A stretch of 46,747 nt of DNA from an uncultured Bacteriovoracaceae bacterium (lineage in GTDB: Bacteria > Bdellovibrionota > Bacteriovoracia > Bacteriovoracales > Bacteriovoracaceae): contig CAXGUD010000028.1 in assembly GCA_964012805.1 (NCBI GenBank), positions 1-46,747 of the forward strand, written 5' to 3'. Under the pieces are notes generated by a model. The model saw only the letters and a list, made by a program, of their open reading frames with translations. It was not told where the DNA came from and searched no databases. Within the stretch, counting starts at the first letter, position 1; each line of letters starts with the position of its first letter. The translations under genes and the position numbers were made by a program. Below are positions 10,101 through 19,436 of this stretch, piece after piece.

Positions 10101-11102
10101 ATAGAAGATGGTAACTGTTGTAATTAAACAAAAAGTATAAAATATATAAATGCTTGCGTAAAAACTAACATCCAAAAAGATAACAAAAGCAGTTGTTATG
10201 AAAAAATAAACCTTCAAAAATCCTAAAAGCTTTCTATTTAAAGACCCATCAAGAAGATTATCTGCAAATTTCCCGATGAAAAAAGGTGCAGGGTAAAAAG
10301 TTAAATAATAGATTTTTGTCTTTAACTCAATTGCGCTTACACCATAGTCTGAAAAAAGCCAGTGGATATAACCAGGACTCAAATAGGCCCTTGAACCTAA
10401 AAAGATTACAGCAATACCAAACCATAAGCTTAACAAATCTTTTGGCCTTAAAAAGAATATGAAGAGATGATACAGCCCTACAATAAAAAGACTACCTATA
10501 ACAAATGAATCAATAACGATATTAAAAGTTTTCTCTGAATCAAAAGGCTTTTTTAGAAATAGTTTAAAATAACCGTCTATTCCTCCATTTCTAAAATGAT
10601 AGTTTGAAACATGAATCATTAAGTAATGTGGGCCATCTTCAATTTTCATATTTACTGAAAGATAGTCCATAATTGGAACGTCTTTTTTTGGTGTAGAGGA
10701 TAAATCCCCTACGTTAAGGATCGTTTGAATTGTTTTTTTATTTATTAAATATATTTTGAAACTGCTGTAAATATAAGTATCAGAAAGAATGTAATTCCCA
10801 GGTTTTAATCCTTTCAATTTGAGAAGATAAGTTGCGTAGCCTTTAGATTTATCACCGAGCCATACACCATGAGTTTCCCTCTTTTCACCTCTAGGAATAA
10901 TTTCTTTTTGTACGTCCTCTGGTTTTAAAAAGTCCTTCCAGTAAAAACTCCAATCTCCTTTTAAGCTTATCCCATCATTTAAATTTTGATCTTTCGAAAA
11001 GTCAAAAATTCCATTTTTTGCCACAAACAGCTTGTCAATTTTTGATGCCTTTACATTAAAAGCGAAAAGAAAAAATAATATAAAAAGTGAAGTAAAATTC
11101 AA
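7074..11102 (-). CDS. 7TM-DISM-type membrane sensor fused to HPt domains and a CheA-like ATPase domain
   Basis: Signal peptide, ISLKGDWSFYW extracellular domain, multiple TM helices, PAS-like segment. HPt motifs LHTIKGNSR and LHGLKGISR. HIVRNALDHGIE, DDGRG and SGRGIGMDVV. TTG start uncertain. Confidence 0.85.
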   Translation of the reverse strand: MNFTSLFILFFLFAFNVKASKIDKLFVAKNGIFDFSKDQNLNDGISLKGDWSFYWKDFLKPEDVQKEIIPRGEKRETHGVWLGDKSKGYATYLLKLKGLKPGNYILSDTYIYSSFKIYLINKKTIQTILNVGDLSSTPKKDVPIMDYLSVNMKIEDGPHYLMIHVSNYHFRNGGIDGYFKLFLKKPFDSEKTFNIVIDSFVIGSLFIVGLYHLFIFFLRPKDLLSLWFGIAVIFLGSRAYLSPGYIHWLFSDYGVSAIELKTKIYYLTFYPAPFFIGKFADNLLDGSLNRKLLGFLKVYFFITTAFVIFLDVSFYASIYIFYTFCLITTVTIFYIIFKFSSAIWKKQYHYILSFIPMLIMCFGGIHDIVINFQADKPIYISSYCVLLFILFQSYNIAKKNAIAHNTAENLTLHLEREVLGRTKEAQDARDKAEESQRKVSELINNMRQAVFIVNSNAETIEPVSIFSNEIFGMDVGGKSVFESIYKNIDRKSEQFSKINMALEVIFNADDLQWAMMKDLLPDRVLYRENKDDTDKILRVINTPLFSNEGILERLMYVIEDITEVERLEKEMIKEREKGNKKSILIQELVVNKKEDLNFFFEDTIKIFNKAMANWKNLRTLISEKKPLVNLEDFLRDLHTIKGNSRIYGLSLISNYTHEIETKFSELRLKSFDKWTSNDMSEFTQDLYGLQGQINEYLWPAEEILGVESEQDKILKEEYHEGLKELEYWLSHFYNGQKHNEVDLEPHFSLLSKIGKLDSDYRDQIFLSIKRQLHGLKGISRSIGNNALSENIHSLETHIIELETKNYDPNIILEEFFPTLEDVRMESYRLFLNSSQNRPLDLSDEAWIEMFVELFKVVHLLEKGVSIDSEGFKKANYILAGKIIGQNLFYLPAIMRYLYDLIELDIEAHEERVNISFCLNSMWDFFSIVFSLNSSYEIPISVRESIINELNNIFLGEIEKKEAVKEIEKWGKRFGWKEEPLIIGSIKDILKEGFSFKEIYKTFKFFNDSEDRNFYNFIPIEKIHIKFNETFSAFIQCLKDGDSNFTLLEDYLNNNEDLRNKDFAGIMNLLKLLLSNQNPIWFHYLLNIDLLRALKKYYTLEEEEEFEMSPDSVDVLSQNFEVVRDRLMALNESESLKEEVEKQFNLLLEVPLKYSFKNLKSMVKDVGKTLGKKVKLQLNGDQASIGKDKLSLLKDAVIHIVRNALDHGIEDPKERVKKGKKEVGEIVILCKEVQREEAHSNFNKEEIRIIIKDDGRGINSEKVCERAIKMGLIKAEELKKLSEEEKMGIIFNPGLTTKEKISEISGRGIGMDVVKTNLQKINADIKIKNYKGLGTEFHICINK

Positions 11103-11167
11103 CTTTATTGACCTTAATGACTTTTTTTTCCAATACCTGAGACCTGTCGGGTCTTTTAATGAAGCTA

Positions 11168-11219
11168 TAGAGGTATTTTAGAGGTATTTTAGAGGTATTT
11201 TAGAGATTTTTTAGAGGGG
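11168..11219. repeat. 11-bp tandem repeat (TAGAGGTATTT)
   Basis: Three perfect copies at 11168-11200, then TAGAGATTTTT and a partial TAGAGGGG; no spacers. Confidence 0.9.
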
Positions 11220-11249
11220 TCATACCTGAGCGCTAACCCCTCTTTTTTT
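11213..11249 (+). terminator. Stem-loop followed by a T run
   Basis: AGAGGGGT (11213-11220) pairs with ACCCCTCT (11236-11243), followed by TTTTTT on the plus strand. Confidence 0.5.
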
Positions 11250-11281
11250 CTTAGTAGACAAATTCGCTTCAATTTAGTGAA

Positions 11282-11752
11282 TTAACTTTCAGGAACTTCA
11301 AGCTCTTTTTGAATAATTTCAAAAGCTTCTCGCTCTTTAATATTTCCAACGAAAGAGTACTCCTTGGCCATATTTTTTTTAAGTTTTAAAAAAAGCTCAT
11401 TTTCGATGGAACCACGATCATTTAAAGAATTTAGCTCCTTGATAACATTAGTCATTTCTTCAAGGTTTTTCGGTTCTGATTTATCCTTAAAGTCTAAGAC
11501 TCTTTCTTTCCGGCTCTTATATTCCTTCAATTCAACTGTGCCCTTTAATAATTTTAACTGGCTGGTCATTTGCTCAAAAGAACTAATTTTCCTAAACTTA
11601 CTTACCGAATTAACAGGAACAAATGTTTTAAACTTTTCTTCAATTCCCTCTATAAGGTAGAAAAGCCCCGAATTTTGCTGTAACTCTGCTATTTCAACAA
11701 TTTTTCCAATTCCAAATGCCAAAGAGATGACAACGTCTGAGACTTGGTACAT
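11282..11752 (-). CDS. CarD/CdnL family transcriptional regulator (divergent paralog)
   Basis: MYQVSDVV..FGIGKIVEI..FYLI..TFVPV..FRKI N-terminal pattern of the CarD RNAP-interacting domain, a helical C-terminus and typical length (156 aa). Confidence 0.75.
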   Translation of the reverse strand: MYQVSDVVISLAFGIGKIVEIAELQQNSGLFYLIEGIEEKFKTFVPVNSVSKFRKISSFEQMTSQLKLLKGTVELKEYKSRKERVLDFKDKSEPKNLEEMTNVIKELNSLNDRGSIENELFLKLKKNMAKEYSFVGNIKEREAFEIIQKELEVPES

Positions 11753-11991
11753 CTTGCACCGCCTTTTTATGGGTAATGTTAACCTTTACTGTGGACGTCT
11801 ATGAGACCCTATACTTTGATGGCTACCCAGTTAACCAAAAGCGGATAGAGCTATGATGCAATCTTCCTAGACCATTGTATGAGAAAATATTTTATTACGC
11901 AAGGGTAGGCTGAATGGTCCCTTAACCTTAACCAAGGAGCGCCCATGCTCAACTGGATAAACAAAAATTTAAAGGTTAAAAATTTGAAAAC

Positions 11992-13008
11992 CTAATAACG
12001 AATCAGTGAATGACCCCATGTAAAGCCACTTCCAAAAGCCACATTAGAAATCAACATTCCTTTTTTCAACTTACCTTTGCGAACGGCATCGTCTAAGCCT
12101 ATCGGAATCGTTGCTGAAGTTGTATTACCATAGATTTCAACCGTACTATGAATAAGAGAATCATCCAGCTCTAAGTTTTTTCCGATCGCCTCACTAATGC
12201 GCCTATTGGCCTGGTGAAAAAATGCTAGCTCTAAGTCCTTTAATGCCTTTCCATTTGAAGTTAATGACTCAGTCAGAGATTCGCTCATCGTCCTCACTGC
12301 TTGGGAAAAAATGGCCCTTCCATTCATTTGTGGATATTGAAGACCATCATCAATCATCTCTGAAGTCATTCGTTCTTTACCAAAGAGGGCAAGGCCTGGT
12401 CCAGGGCACCAAAGTTCTTTTGCTTGACTACCATCTGAATGAATCTTTGTTGAAATAATGTGAGGTTGATTTTCTGGGTCTGTCACTTCAGTTGCTTTTA
12501 AAACAACGGCCCCAGCACCATCTCCAAAAATAACTGAAAGGTTCCTCCCCTTTGGAGTCAAATCCAAACACCTCGAATGGAGCTCTGAGCAGACAATAAG
12601 AATATTTTTATAAGTTCCTGTACGAATATATTGATCTGCGATAGAAAGGGCGAAAATAAACCCTCCACATTGTTGTCTTACATCAATCGCAGGCACCCCG
12701 GGAATCCCCATTTTAGCTTGCAAAAAACAAGCTGTTCCGGGAAATTCGTGGTCAGGTGTCACAGTTGCCAACAATAATAAGTCGACTTCCCCCTTTTTGA
12801 GTGAAGCGCTCTCTAAAGCCTTCTCACAGGCTTTCAAAGCCAAATCAGATGTCGTTTCATCCTTACTGGCCCAGTGCCTTTTCGTAATCCCAGTTCTCTG
12901 CTGGATCCATTCATCCGTTGTGTTAAGAACTTCTTCTAGGTCTTTATTAAGTACAACTCTTGGAGGTAAATAACTTCCTGTTCCAATAATCTTAGATCGC
13001 ACACTCAT
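11992..13008 (-). CDS. fabH: 3-oxoacyl-ACP synthase III
   Basis: GTGSYLP, WIQQRTGI, catalytic Cys (QQCGGF), His (FHQAN) and Asn (YGNT); FGDGAGA and FGSGFTWG. Confidence 0.92.
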   Translation of the reverse strand: MSVRSKIIGTGSYLPPRVVLNKDLEEVLNTTDEWIQQRTGITKRHWASKDETTSDLALKACEKALESASLKKGEVDLLLLATVTPDHEFPGTACFLQAKMGIPGVPAIDVRQQCGGFIFALSIADQYIRTGTYKNILIVCSELHSRCLDLTPKGRNLSVIFGDGAGAVVLKATEVTDPENQPHIISTKIHSDGSQAKELWCPGPGLALFGKERMTSEMIDDGLQYPQMNGRAIFSQAVRTMSESLTESLTSNGKALKDLELAFFHQANRRISEAIGKNLELDDSLIHSTVEIYGNTTSATIPIGLDDAVRKGKLKKGMLISNVAFGSGFTWGHSLIRY

Positions 13009-13171
13009 AAATATTCCTTTTATAGCCTATTATCTTTTGGCATGAGGTATTTAAGCAAAAGCGAAACTATCCCAGCTTCTTTCAATGGAATTGACACTTT
13101 TCAGTAACATTATTTTCTAGATCCTTCAAGGAAAGACTTGAAGTTTAATAGAATAAACTTTTTATTAAAGT

Positions 13172-13885
13172 TTAAATAGAAAAAGGTAATTCCTTAAAAA
13201 CTCTCGAATTTCTTTTTCTCTTTTTTAAAAGTTCTTCTCCCAAACCTTCAAAGAATTTAAAAGGCCATTTTGTTCTTACAAACTTTTTGGCCCAATTGGG
13301 AAGCCAACCTCCCAAGTTACCCGAAACATTAAATGTTACTTTACACCTCTTCCCTCTTTCAACCTCTTCAATAGTGATGTCTACGTACTCAGCAAATGCG
13401 ATAACCACATCTTCATTTTTATAAGGGTAAGTTGTATTTGACCAAGCATGGATAAGAATTTCTCTGTCTTTAATTTTTTTTACGTAACCTTCAAAAAGAA
13501 ACTCTCTATTGTCTACAGGCCAAGGTGCTTTATAGTGCTCCAAAACAAGATAGTTACCACTTTTAAACTTCTTGATAACTTTAGATGATTTATTCTGAGG
13601 TGCCCAAAAATGCTTATTATCAAAATCTAGAAGAACTTCAACGAGGTCTCTAAGTTTACTGTTATAAAAACCTACTGCTTTAAAAGAAGTCCAGCCCTTT
13701 TTACCTTTTTCTTCCTTTTTAGAGTAAACTTTAACGCCATCCTCTTCATCAATAAGTTCCCAAGCAAAAGCATCAATTTTGAAGAAAAAGCTTAAACAAA
13801 GAGTTAAAAATATAAAAGGTAAACGGTGAGGTATTGATAATGGTTTTTTTCCAAACAGAAAATTCCCTCTTTGTCCATCTTCCAT
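13172..13885 (-). CDS. START-domain lipid-binding protein, probably exported
   Basis: WELIDEEDGVKVY, APWPVDNREF and NLGGWLPNW; hydrophobic signal before the domain. Confidence 0.8.
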   Translation of the reverse strand: MEDGQRGNFLFGKKPLSIPHRLPFIFLTLCLSFFFKIDAFAWELIDEEDGVKVYSKKEEKGKKGWTSFKAVGFYNSKLRDLVEVLLDFDNKHFWAPQNKSSKVIKKFKSGNYLVLEHYKAPWPVDNREFLFEGYVKKIKDREILIHAWSNTTYPYKNEDVVIAFAEYVDITIEEVERGKRCKVTFNVSGNLGGWLPNWAKKFVRTKWPFKFFEGLGEELLKKRKRNSRVFKELPFSI

Positions 13886-14082
13886 AAAACCCTCGGGTAA
13901 ATTTACGTATCTAAAACATCTTCATTAAAACACAATTGCACTAAACTTGCTTAATAAAAAAACATCAGAACTTCCACAAGCTTTTTTTGCCTGTATCTTA
14001 GGAAACTATGTTTTAACTCCAAAGAATAGAAAAAAAATCGATAACATATTGTAAGATTCTCCATAATTAGGGCCCTAAAGGA

Positions 14083-17000
14083 ATGAAAAAAGAATCCTTT
14101 ATCATTTTATTTTTAGTTTTTGGTTTTCTATGCATTGAAAACCAATCTCTTTGTAATGAGATGCCCAATATTTCTATCAAAGCAATTTCCGCAGAGGAGA
14201 AAAAATTTATTCCTCTTGAAGGGCCTTGGTTTTTTCTTTGGAATGAGTGGACAAAACCTGAGTCTGTAAAAGAAGTCATAAAAAATCAAAACGTTATAAA
14301 AACTTTCCTTCCCTTTTATTGGAACTCACTTGGCAAAAAAAAGGCTCAAAATGATCAATTTGCATCAAAAGGTATTGCATCACTATTTACTAAAATAACT
14401 GATGTTCCTAAAAATAAGCCTCTTTCTCTTAAATTGGGAAAAATAAAAAGTAGTTACACCTTGTATATAATTGGCCCAAAAGGAAAGATCATTAAAAAAT
14501 TTTCCAGAGGTAAAATAGCGAAAGATAGAAGCAAGTCCTCACCCCATGAAGGGGGTGACTTAATTAATTTTCCTACAATAAATGCAAATTACTTTTTTAT
14601 CCTGCTTCATGTTTCTAATTATCGTTATTTTTCAGGAGGAATTGAAGAGGCTCCATCTATCGGATATGAAATATTTTTGAAAAAAAGACAAACACTAATT
14701 AACTTTAAAAATGCTTTTTCCCTGGCAGTGCTTTTAATACTTTCCATTTACTTTTTCATTTTAAGTACAATTAAAAAAAGTATCGCTCTTCAGATATCTT
14801 TCGCTGCATTCTGCTTTTGTTTATTTATTCATTTCTTCTTAAAAGAAAATGTGATCTTTTTGTTTATACCAGAACAAAATAGTTTCGTTTACGATATTAA
14901 ATATAAAATACAGCACTCAAGTTTATTTTTATCTTTTATTTTTATTTATACATTTTATAAACACTTATTTTTCTATATTTTTAGAAAAAAAGAGTATTAT
15001 ATCGTACTCTTTTTTACAGCCTTGTATTTGATCTTAACTCTCCTTACTCCAACAGATTTTCATACAGCGCCACTTTTTATGACCGCATGGAGAGCCCTTA
15101 ATTTTATTTTCCTTTTAATTCTTTTCATCTTGATTTTAAAAATCAGCAAAATGAGAACATCGTTTTCCAAAATTTCTCTTTTAAGCATAACTTTATTAGT
15201 TTTAACTCTGGTTGATGACACATTTTTATTTACCTTGCCTTTTCTAATATCAATTTTATTTGTCATTTCAATCAGGACATCTCTAAAAGAAAAAATGCTC
15301 GAAAACTATAAAGAAGAAGTTTCTAAGGGAAAAGAATACAGCGACATGATCTTTTTAATACTAAAAAATCCAAAAGATTTTGTTTTACTTATTGAAGATT
15401 GCAAAAGTAATTTTAACTTAAAAGAAAATTATGATGATATTTTAGATTTAGCATTTTTCTCTCAAATAATATCCAAAATAAGAGTAGGTTTAGAAAAATT
15501 TAAATGTTTTCCCCTAATAAAGTACTTTCGAAACCTAGAAGATTTAACAAAACAGTATGAGGACCAAGTCTTTAGCTGGAGTGAAATGCCAAAAGATTTG
15601 AAGAAGTCACTAATTATTTGTCAGGATGCGCTCAATGAATTTATAAAAAGCAATAAAATAGTTGATGACCAAATAAAAACAAATGAAAAGCTAAAATTTA
15701 CAAACCATCTTCTGGAAAAAGCCCTTCGCGATAAAGCAACATTTTTTTCAAAAATGAGTCATGAACTTAGAACACCACTAAATTCGATTTTAGGATTTTC
15801 CAATATACTTTTAAACAGTCACGTAGAAAATGATGACACCATTAATGATCAATCTAAAATAGAATATCTAAATTGCATTAGCTCCAGTGGCAGGTCTCTT
15901 TTGGGGCTCATTAACGAAGTTCACGACCTTACAAAATTAGATTTAAACCACTTAAAAATTCATTTAACTACAATTCCCCTATTCCAACTTCTTAATAATA
16001 TCTCAACTTTTTTTGTTAACGAATGTACAAAGAAAGGACTTTCTTTTTACTTCGACTTGAGTAGTACAGTACCACCGCATATAGTTTTTGATGAGCTTCG
16101 CTTAAAGCAAATCCTAAATAACTTGTTAGGTAATGCACTTGAATTTACAAAACATGGTCATTTAAAATTAAGTGCCTGGTCTAAAAAATCCAATAATAAA
16201 TCAGAAAATATCGATCTTTACTTTTCAATAGAAGACACAAGGTTGGAAAACAGCGAAACTGAAGATGATAAGCCTCTTGAAAGCTTTCAGCAAAGTCGAG
16301 ATGAATCCTTTAATGAAGATAAAGGTGGTGGTCTAAACCTCCACATGAGTAGAAAACTTATTAAACAAATGGGTGGCAGAATTGATGTTAAAAATATTGA
16401 TAGTGTTGGCATATCCTATGAAGTTCTTTTTAAAAGCATTGAACCCGTCGTCTTATTAACAGAGGAGTCTAAAGGAGATGAGGAAAATCATTACAACTTC
16501 CTTGAAAAAACGATTCTGATTGCTGATGACCTTGAAGCTAACTTAAAACTTTTAGATGCATACCTTTCCAGCTCTAATGTCAACATTGTTACAGCGAGAG
16601 ATGGTCAAGAACTTATTGATAAATCAGTAGTATCAAAACCTTCTCTCATCATTACAGATATAAAGATGCCTACAATGGATGGTTATTTAGCTGCTAAAAA
16701 ACTTGGTTCTATACCAGAAACAAAGGATATTCCCATAATTGCACTATCGGCAGCTATAGATAAAGAAAGTGCTAAAGGTAACTTTATAGGTTTTTTACAA
16801 AAACCAATTAATAAAATAGAGCTCTTAAAAGAAATGGCCAAGCACTTAGAGTGTGAAATTGTAAACAAGAGTTCAGGAAGAAAGAAATTGTTTAACCCCA
16901 TTAAATGTATTCAAGAAAATCAAACACTTTTTACTTTAAGTGATAATTTATCATTAATAAAAAATGAAAAAGAAAATTTAATTAACCTAAGAAACTTCTT

Positions 17001-17208
17001 TTACAGGGCCATTGAAATAATGGATATTGAACAATTAGAAACAGGTTCATTGAATTACCAGAAGAAATTTGAAAAAACAGAATTAGCCTACCTAAAACCT
17101 TGGTTTTTAGAGCTAAGTCAAGAGACAAAGCTCTTTAAAATAAGTGAAATAGAGACAAGGCTTAAACAAGCAATAGAAGTTATCGACAAAACATTAGAAA
17201 AATTATAA
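14083..17208 (+). CDS. 7TM-DISM-type hybrid sensor histidine kinase/response regulator
   Basis: IPLEGPWFFLW extracellular domain and TM helices. H-box MSHELRTPLN, N-box QILNNLLGNA. Receiver ILIADD, TDIKMP, PIIALSA, FLQKP. Confidence 0.88.
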   Translation: MKKESFIILFLVFGFLCIENQSLCNEMPNISIKAISAEEKKFIPLEGPWFFLWNEWTKPESVKEVIKNQNVIKTFLPFYWNSLGKKKAQNDQFASKGIASLFTKITDVPKNKPLSLKLGKIKSSYTLYIIGPKGKIIKKFSRGKIAKDRSKSSPHEGGDLINFPTINANYFFILLHVSNYRYFSGGIEEAPSIGYEIFLKKRQTLINFKNAFSLAVLLILSIYFFILSTIKKSIALQISFAAFCFCLFIHFFLKENVIFLFIPEQNSFVYDIKYKIQHSSLFLSFIFIYTFYKHLFFYIFRKKEYYIVLFFTALYLILTLLTPTDFHTAPLFMTAWRALNFIFLLILFILILKISKMRTSFSKISLLSITLLVLTLVDDTFLFTLPFLISILFVISIRTSLKEKMLENYKEEVSKGKEYSDMIFLILKNPKDFVLLIEDCKSNFNLKENYDDILDLAFFSQIISKIRVGLEKFKCFPLIKYFRNLEDLTKQYEDQVFSWSEMPKDLKKSLIICQDALNEFIKSNKIVDDQIKTNEKLKFTNHLLEKALRDKATFFSKMSHELRTPLNSILGFSNILLNSHVENDDTINDQSKIEYLNCISSSGRSLLGLINEVHDLTKLDLNHLKIHLTTIPLFQLLNNISTFFVNECTKKGLSFYFDLSSTVPPHIVFDELRLKQILNNLLGNALEFTKHGHLKLSAWSKKSNNKSENIDLYFSIEDTRLENSETEDDKPLESFQQSRDESFNEDKGGGLNLHMSRKLIKQMGGRIDVKNIDSVGISYEVLFKSIEPVVLLTEESKGDEENHYNFLEKTILIADDLEANLKLLDAYLSSSNVNIVTARDGQELIDKSVVSKPSLIITDIKMPTMDGYLAAKKLGSIPETKDIPIIALSAAIDKESAKGNFIGFLQKPINKIELLKEMAKHLECEIVNKSSGRKKLFNPIKCIQENQTLFTLSDNLSLIKNEKENLINLRNFFYRAIEIMDIEQLETGSLNYQKKFEKTELAYLKPWFLELSQETKLFKISEIETRLKQAIEVIDKTLEKL

Positions 17209-17238
17209 CTAAACTATAGTATAAAGACAAAAGTAGAA

Positions 17239-19419
17239 ATGAAAAATCTAAATGCCCGCATAGGACTCAAAACTGTTATAGCCATTAGCCTCGGCTCTAT
17301 GCTGGGAAGTGGTATTTTTGTTTTGCCAGGCCCTGTTATTGCAATGGTAGGAGATGACGCCTGGCTGGCTTACTTTCTGGCGGGACTATGTGTCCTGCCC
17401 GCTGCCGTTAGTAAATCAGAGCTTGCTACGGCCATGCCCAACTCGGGCGGAACCTATGTCTATCTTGAGAGGACCTTTGGTCCTCTCACAGGGACCGTAG
17501 CAGGACTAGGGTTATGGTTAAGCCTCCTCCTTAAGTGTTCTTTTGCTTTAGCAGGTATTGGTTCATACCTCTCAGTTTTTTCACCTTGGCCTCTTTTACC
17601 CACAGCTTTGACCCTTCTCTTTTTTCTAACCATCCTAAATATTTTAGGTATTGGTAAGGTTGGCAATGTTATTGTCTTTATTGTTCTCCTTAGTATCTTT
17701 TCTTTAACAGGCATATCCATGGGTGCCTTATTCTCTTTGGATACCATTCCATCTAACGCCTTAGACTTTACAGGTAAAGGTGATTTAATTGGAGCGACTG
17801 CTATGGTTTTTGTTTCTTATGCTGGGCTCACAAAGGTTGCGGCCATTGCTGAAGAAATTAAAGAACCTGAGAAAAACCTCCCTAAAGGAATTTTCTTTTC
17901 CCTTCTTATTGTCCTTATCGTTTATTGTAGTGTGACTTACGTGATGACAAAGAAAGTCCCTCTTGATGACTTGAAGGATAATTTCAGACCACTTTTTACC
18001 TTTGCAGGTTATGTCTGGAGAGGGCCAGGGCTTTCATTTTTTATCTCTGTTGTCGCCGTCTTCACAATGGCGTCTATGGCGAACTCTGGGCTCCTGGCCG
18101 CCTCCCGCTTTCCCTTTGCTATGGGAAGAGACTTTTTGCTGCCAAAAAAATTGGGGGAAATTCACCCTAAGTTTTTAACTCCTATTTGGAGTATTATCCT
18201 CTCAGGAATCGTTACAGGAATATGCCTGATTTATCTCGATCTTACCAAAATTGCCAAGCTTGCAAGTGCCTTTATGATTATGATTTATATGACAGAAAGC
18301 ATTGCCGTCATTCTACTTCGAGAGATGAGGATCCAGTGGTACAAACCAGAATACCGCTCACGTCTATACCCCTTCCCTCAAATTCTTGGAATTTGTAGCA
18401 GTTTATTCCTCCTTTACGGGATGGACTTGCTACCTCTCTTTGCCCTTGTTTCAATTGGGCTCCCTGGACTTATGCTTTACTTTTTCTATGGAAGGCAAAG
18501 GACGACCAGGAAAGGAGTCCTTGGCTTTAGGGGTAAGAGGAAAGACCTCTTTTACGTAACAGATACAGAAGAAAACCCTGCGGATCTTGTAAAAAGTGAC
18601 CCAGAGTTCGCAGAAGCTCATACGATGGTTGCACTCCTTGGAAAAGAGAGGTCACCAGACCAATTGATTGAATTAGGGTGCTTTTTATCGGAAGAACAGA
18701 CTTTAGAAGTGGCCTATATCACGGAAGTGCCGGAACAAACCGACATTCATGACCTGGATGAAGAACATCCAGTTGCTCTTAGGTCCCTTCACAGAAGGGC
18801 CGAAGCTATGGCCGATATTTTAAAAACAATTATTTCTTTTGACCCAATAACAACCCACGACCTTTTGGGTGCCGTTCATCAAATAAGCCAGCGCTCTCAC
18901 TGCCGATATCTGATTATGGAATGGGGTGGTAGGCATAGAGGCCGGTTTACTCTCTTTGACCCACTTGGTTGGCTTAAAGACCACCTTGATTGCCATTTAC
19001 TGACCTTCAACTCAGCAGGAGTCAGGTATATAAAAAAGATTATGGTCTTTATTAGGGGCCTGGAAGATGATGAGCTATCAATAAAAATAGGCCTAAAAAT
19101 GTCCCGAATTCACAAGGCAAACCTTAATATCATTCAAATTTTTCCTTCGCATACTAAGCAGGAAGACTTGAAAGAACTAAAAAAGAAAATAAAAGAAAAG
19201 GTTGTCTCTGAAGCTCCCCATGTTTACATCCACATGGTCAAGTGTGATCCAGGTGAAAATATCATAAAAAGAACCATTCAACTTACTAGTGAATATGACC
19301 TCATGGTCTTCTCCGCTGGAAGACACTCCCTTTGGAACAAAATTATTCAGGGCTCTCTTGACGACGTGCTAATGACAAACAGCTCTTGCGCTGTGCTTAG
19401 CGTTCAAAAGAAAAGATAG
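17239..19419 (+). CDS. APC family amino acid permease with C-terminal USP-like domains
   Basis: GSMLGSGIF, SELATAMPNSGG, AEEIKEP and ASRFPFAM motifs; about 12 TM helices; soluble C-terminus ending SSCAVLSV. Confidence 0.88.
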   Translation: MKNLNARIGLKTVIAISLGSMLGSGIFVLPGPVIAMVGDDAWLAYFLAGLCVLPAAVSKSELATAMPNSGGTYVYLERTFGPLTGTVAGLGLWLSLLLKCSFALAGIGSYLSVFSPWPLLPTALTLLFFLTILNILGIGKVGNVIVFIVLLSIFSLTGISMGALFSLDTIPSNALDFTGKGDLIGATAMVFVSYAGLTKVAAIAEEIKEPEKNLPKGIFFSLLIVLIVYCSVTYVMTKKVPLDDLKDNFRPLFTFAGYVWRGPGLSFFISVVAVFTMASMANSGLLAASRFPFAMGRDFLLPKKLGEIHPKFLTPIWSIILSGIVTGICLIYLDLTKIAKLASAFMIMIYMTESIAVILLREMRIQWYKPEYRSRLYPFPQILGICSSLFLLYGMDLLPLFALVSIGLPGLMLYFFYGRQRTTRKGVLGFRGKRKDLFYVTDTEENPADLVKSDPEFAEAHTMVALLGKERSPDQLIELGCFLSEEQTLEVAYITEVPEQTDIHDLDEEHPVALRSLHRRAEAMADILKTIISFDPITTHDLLGAVHQISQRSHCRYLIMEWGGRHRGRFTLFDPLGWLKDHLDCHLLTFNSAGVRYIKKIMVFIRGLEDDELSIKIGLKMSRIHKANLNIIQIFPSHTKQEDLKELKKKIKEKVVSEAPHVYIHMVKCDPGENIIKRTIQLTSEYDLMVFSAGRHSLWNKIIQGSLDDVLMTNSSCAVLSVQKKR

Positions 19420-19436
19420 AGGTCTATATTTGTGGT

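Noticed and set aside
11168..11219. Repeat considered as a CRISPR array
   Set aside because: Units are 11 bp and directly adjacent with no spacers, and I recognise no cas genes.
2406..13008. 2OG oxygenase, PhoD and FabH considered as a biosynthetic cluster
   Set aside because: Mixed orientations, unrelated genes in between, and no ACP, PKS or NRPS genes.
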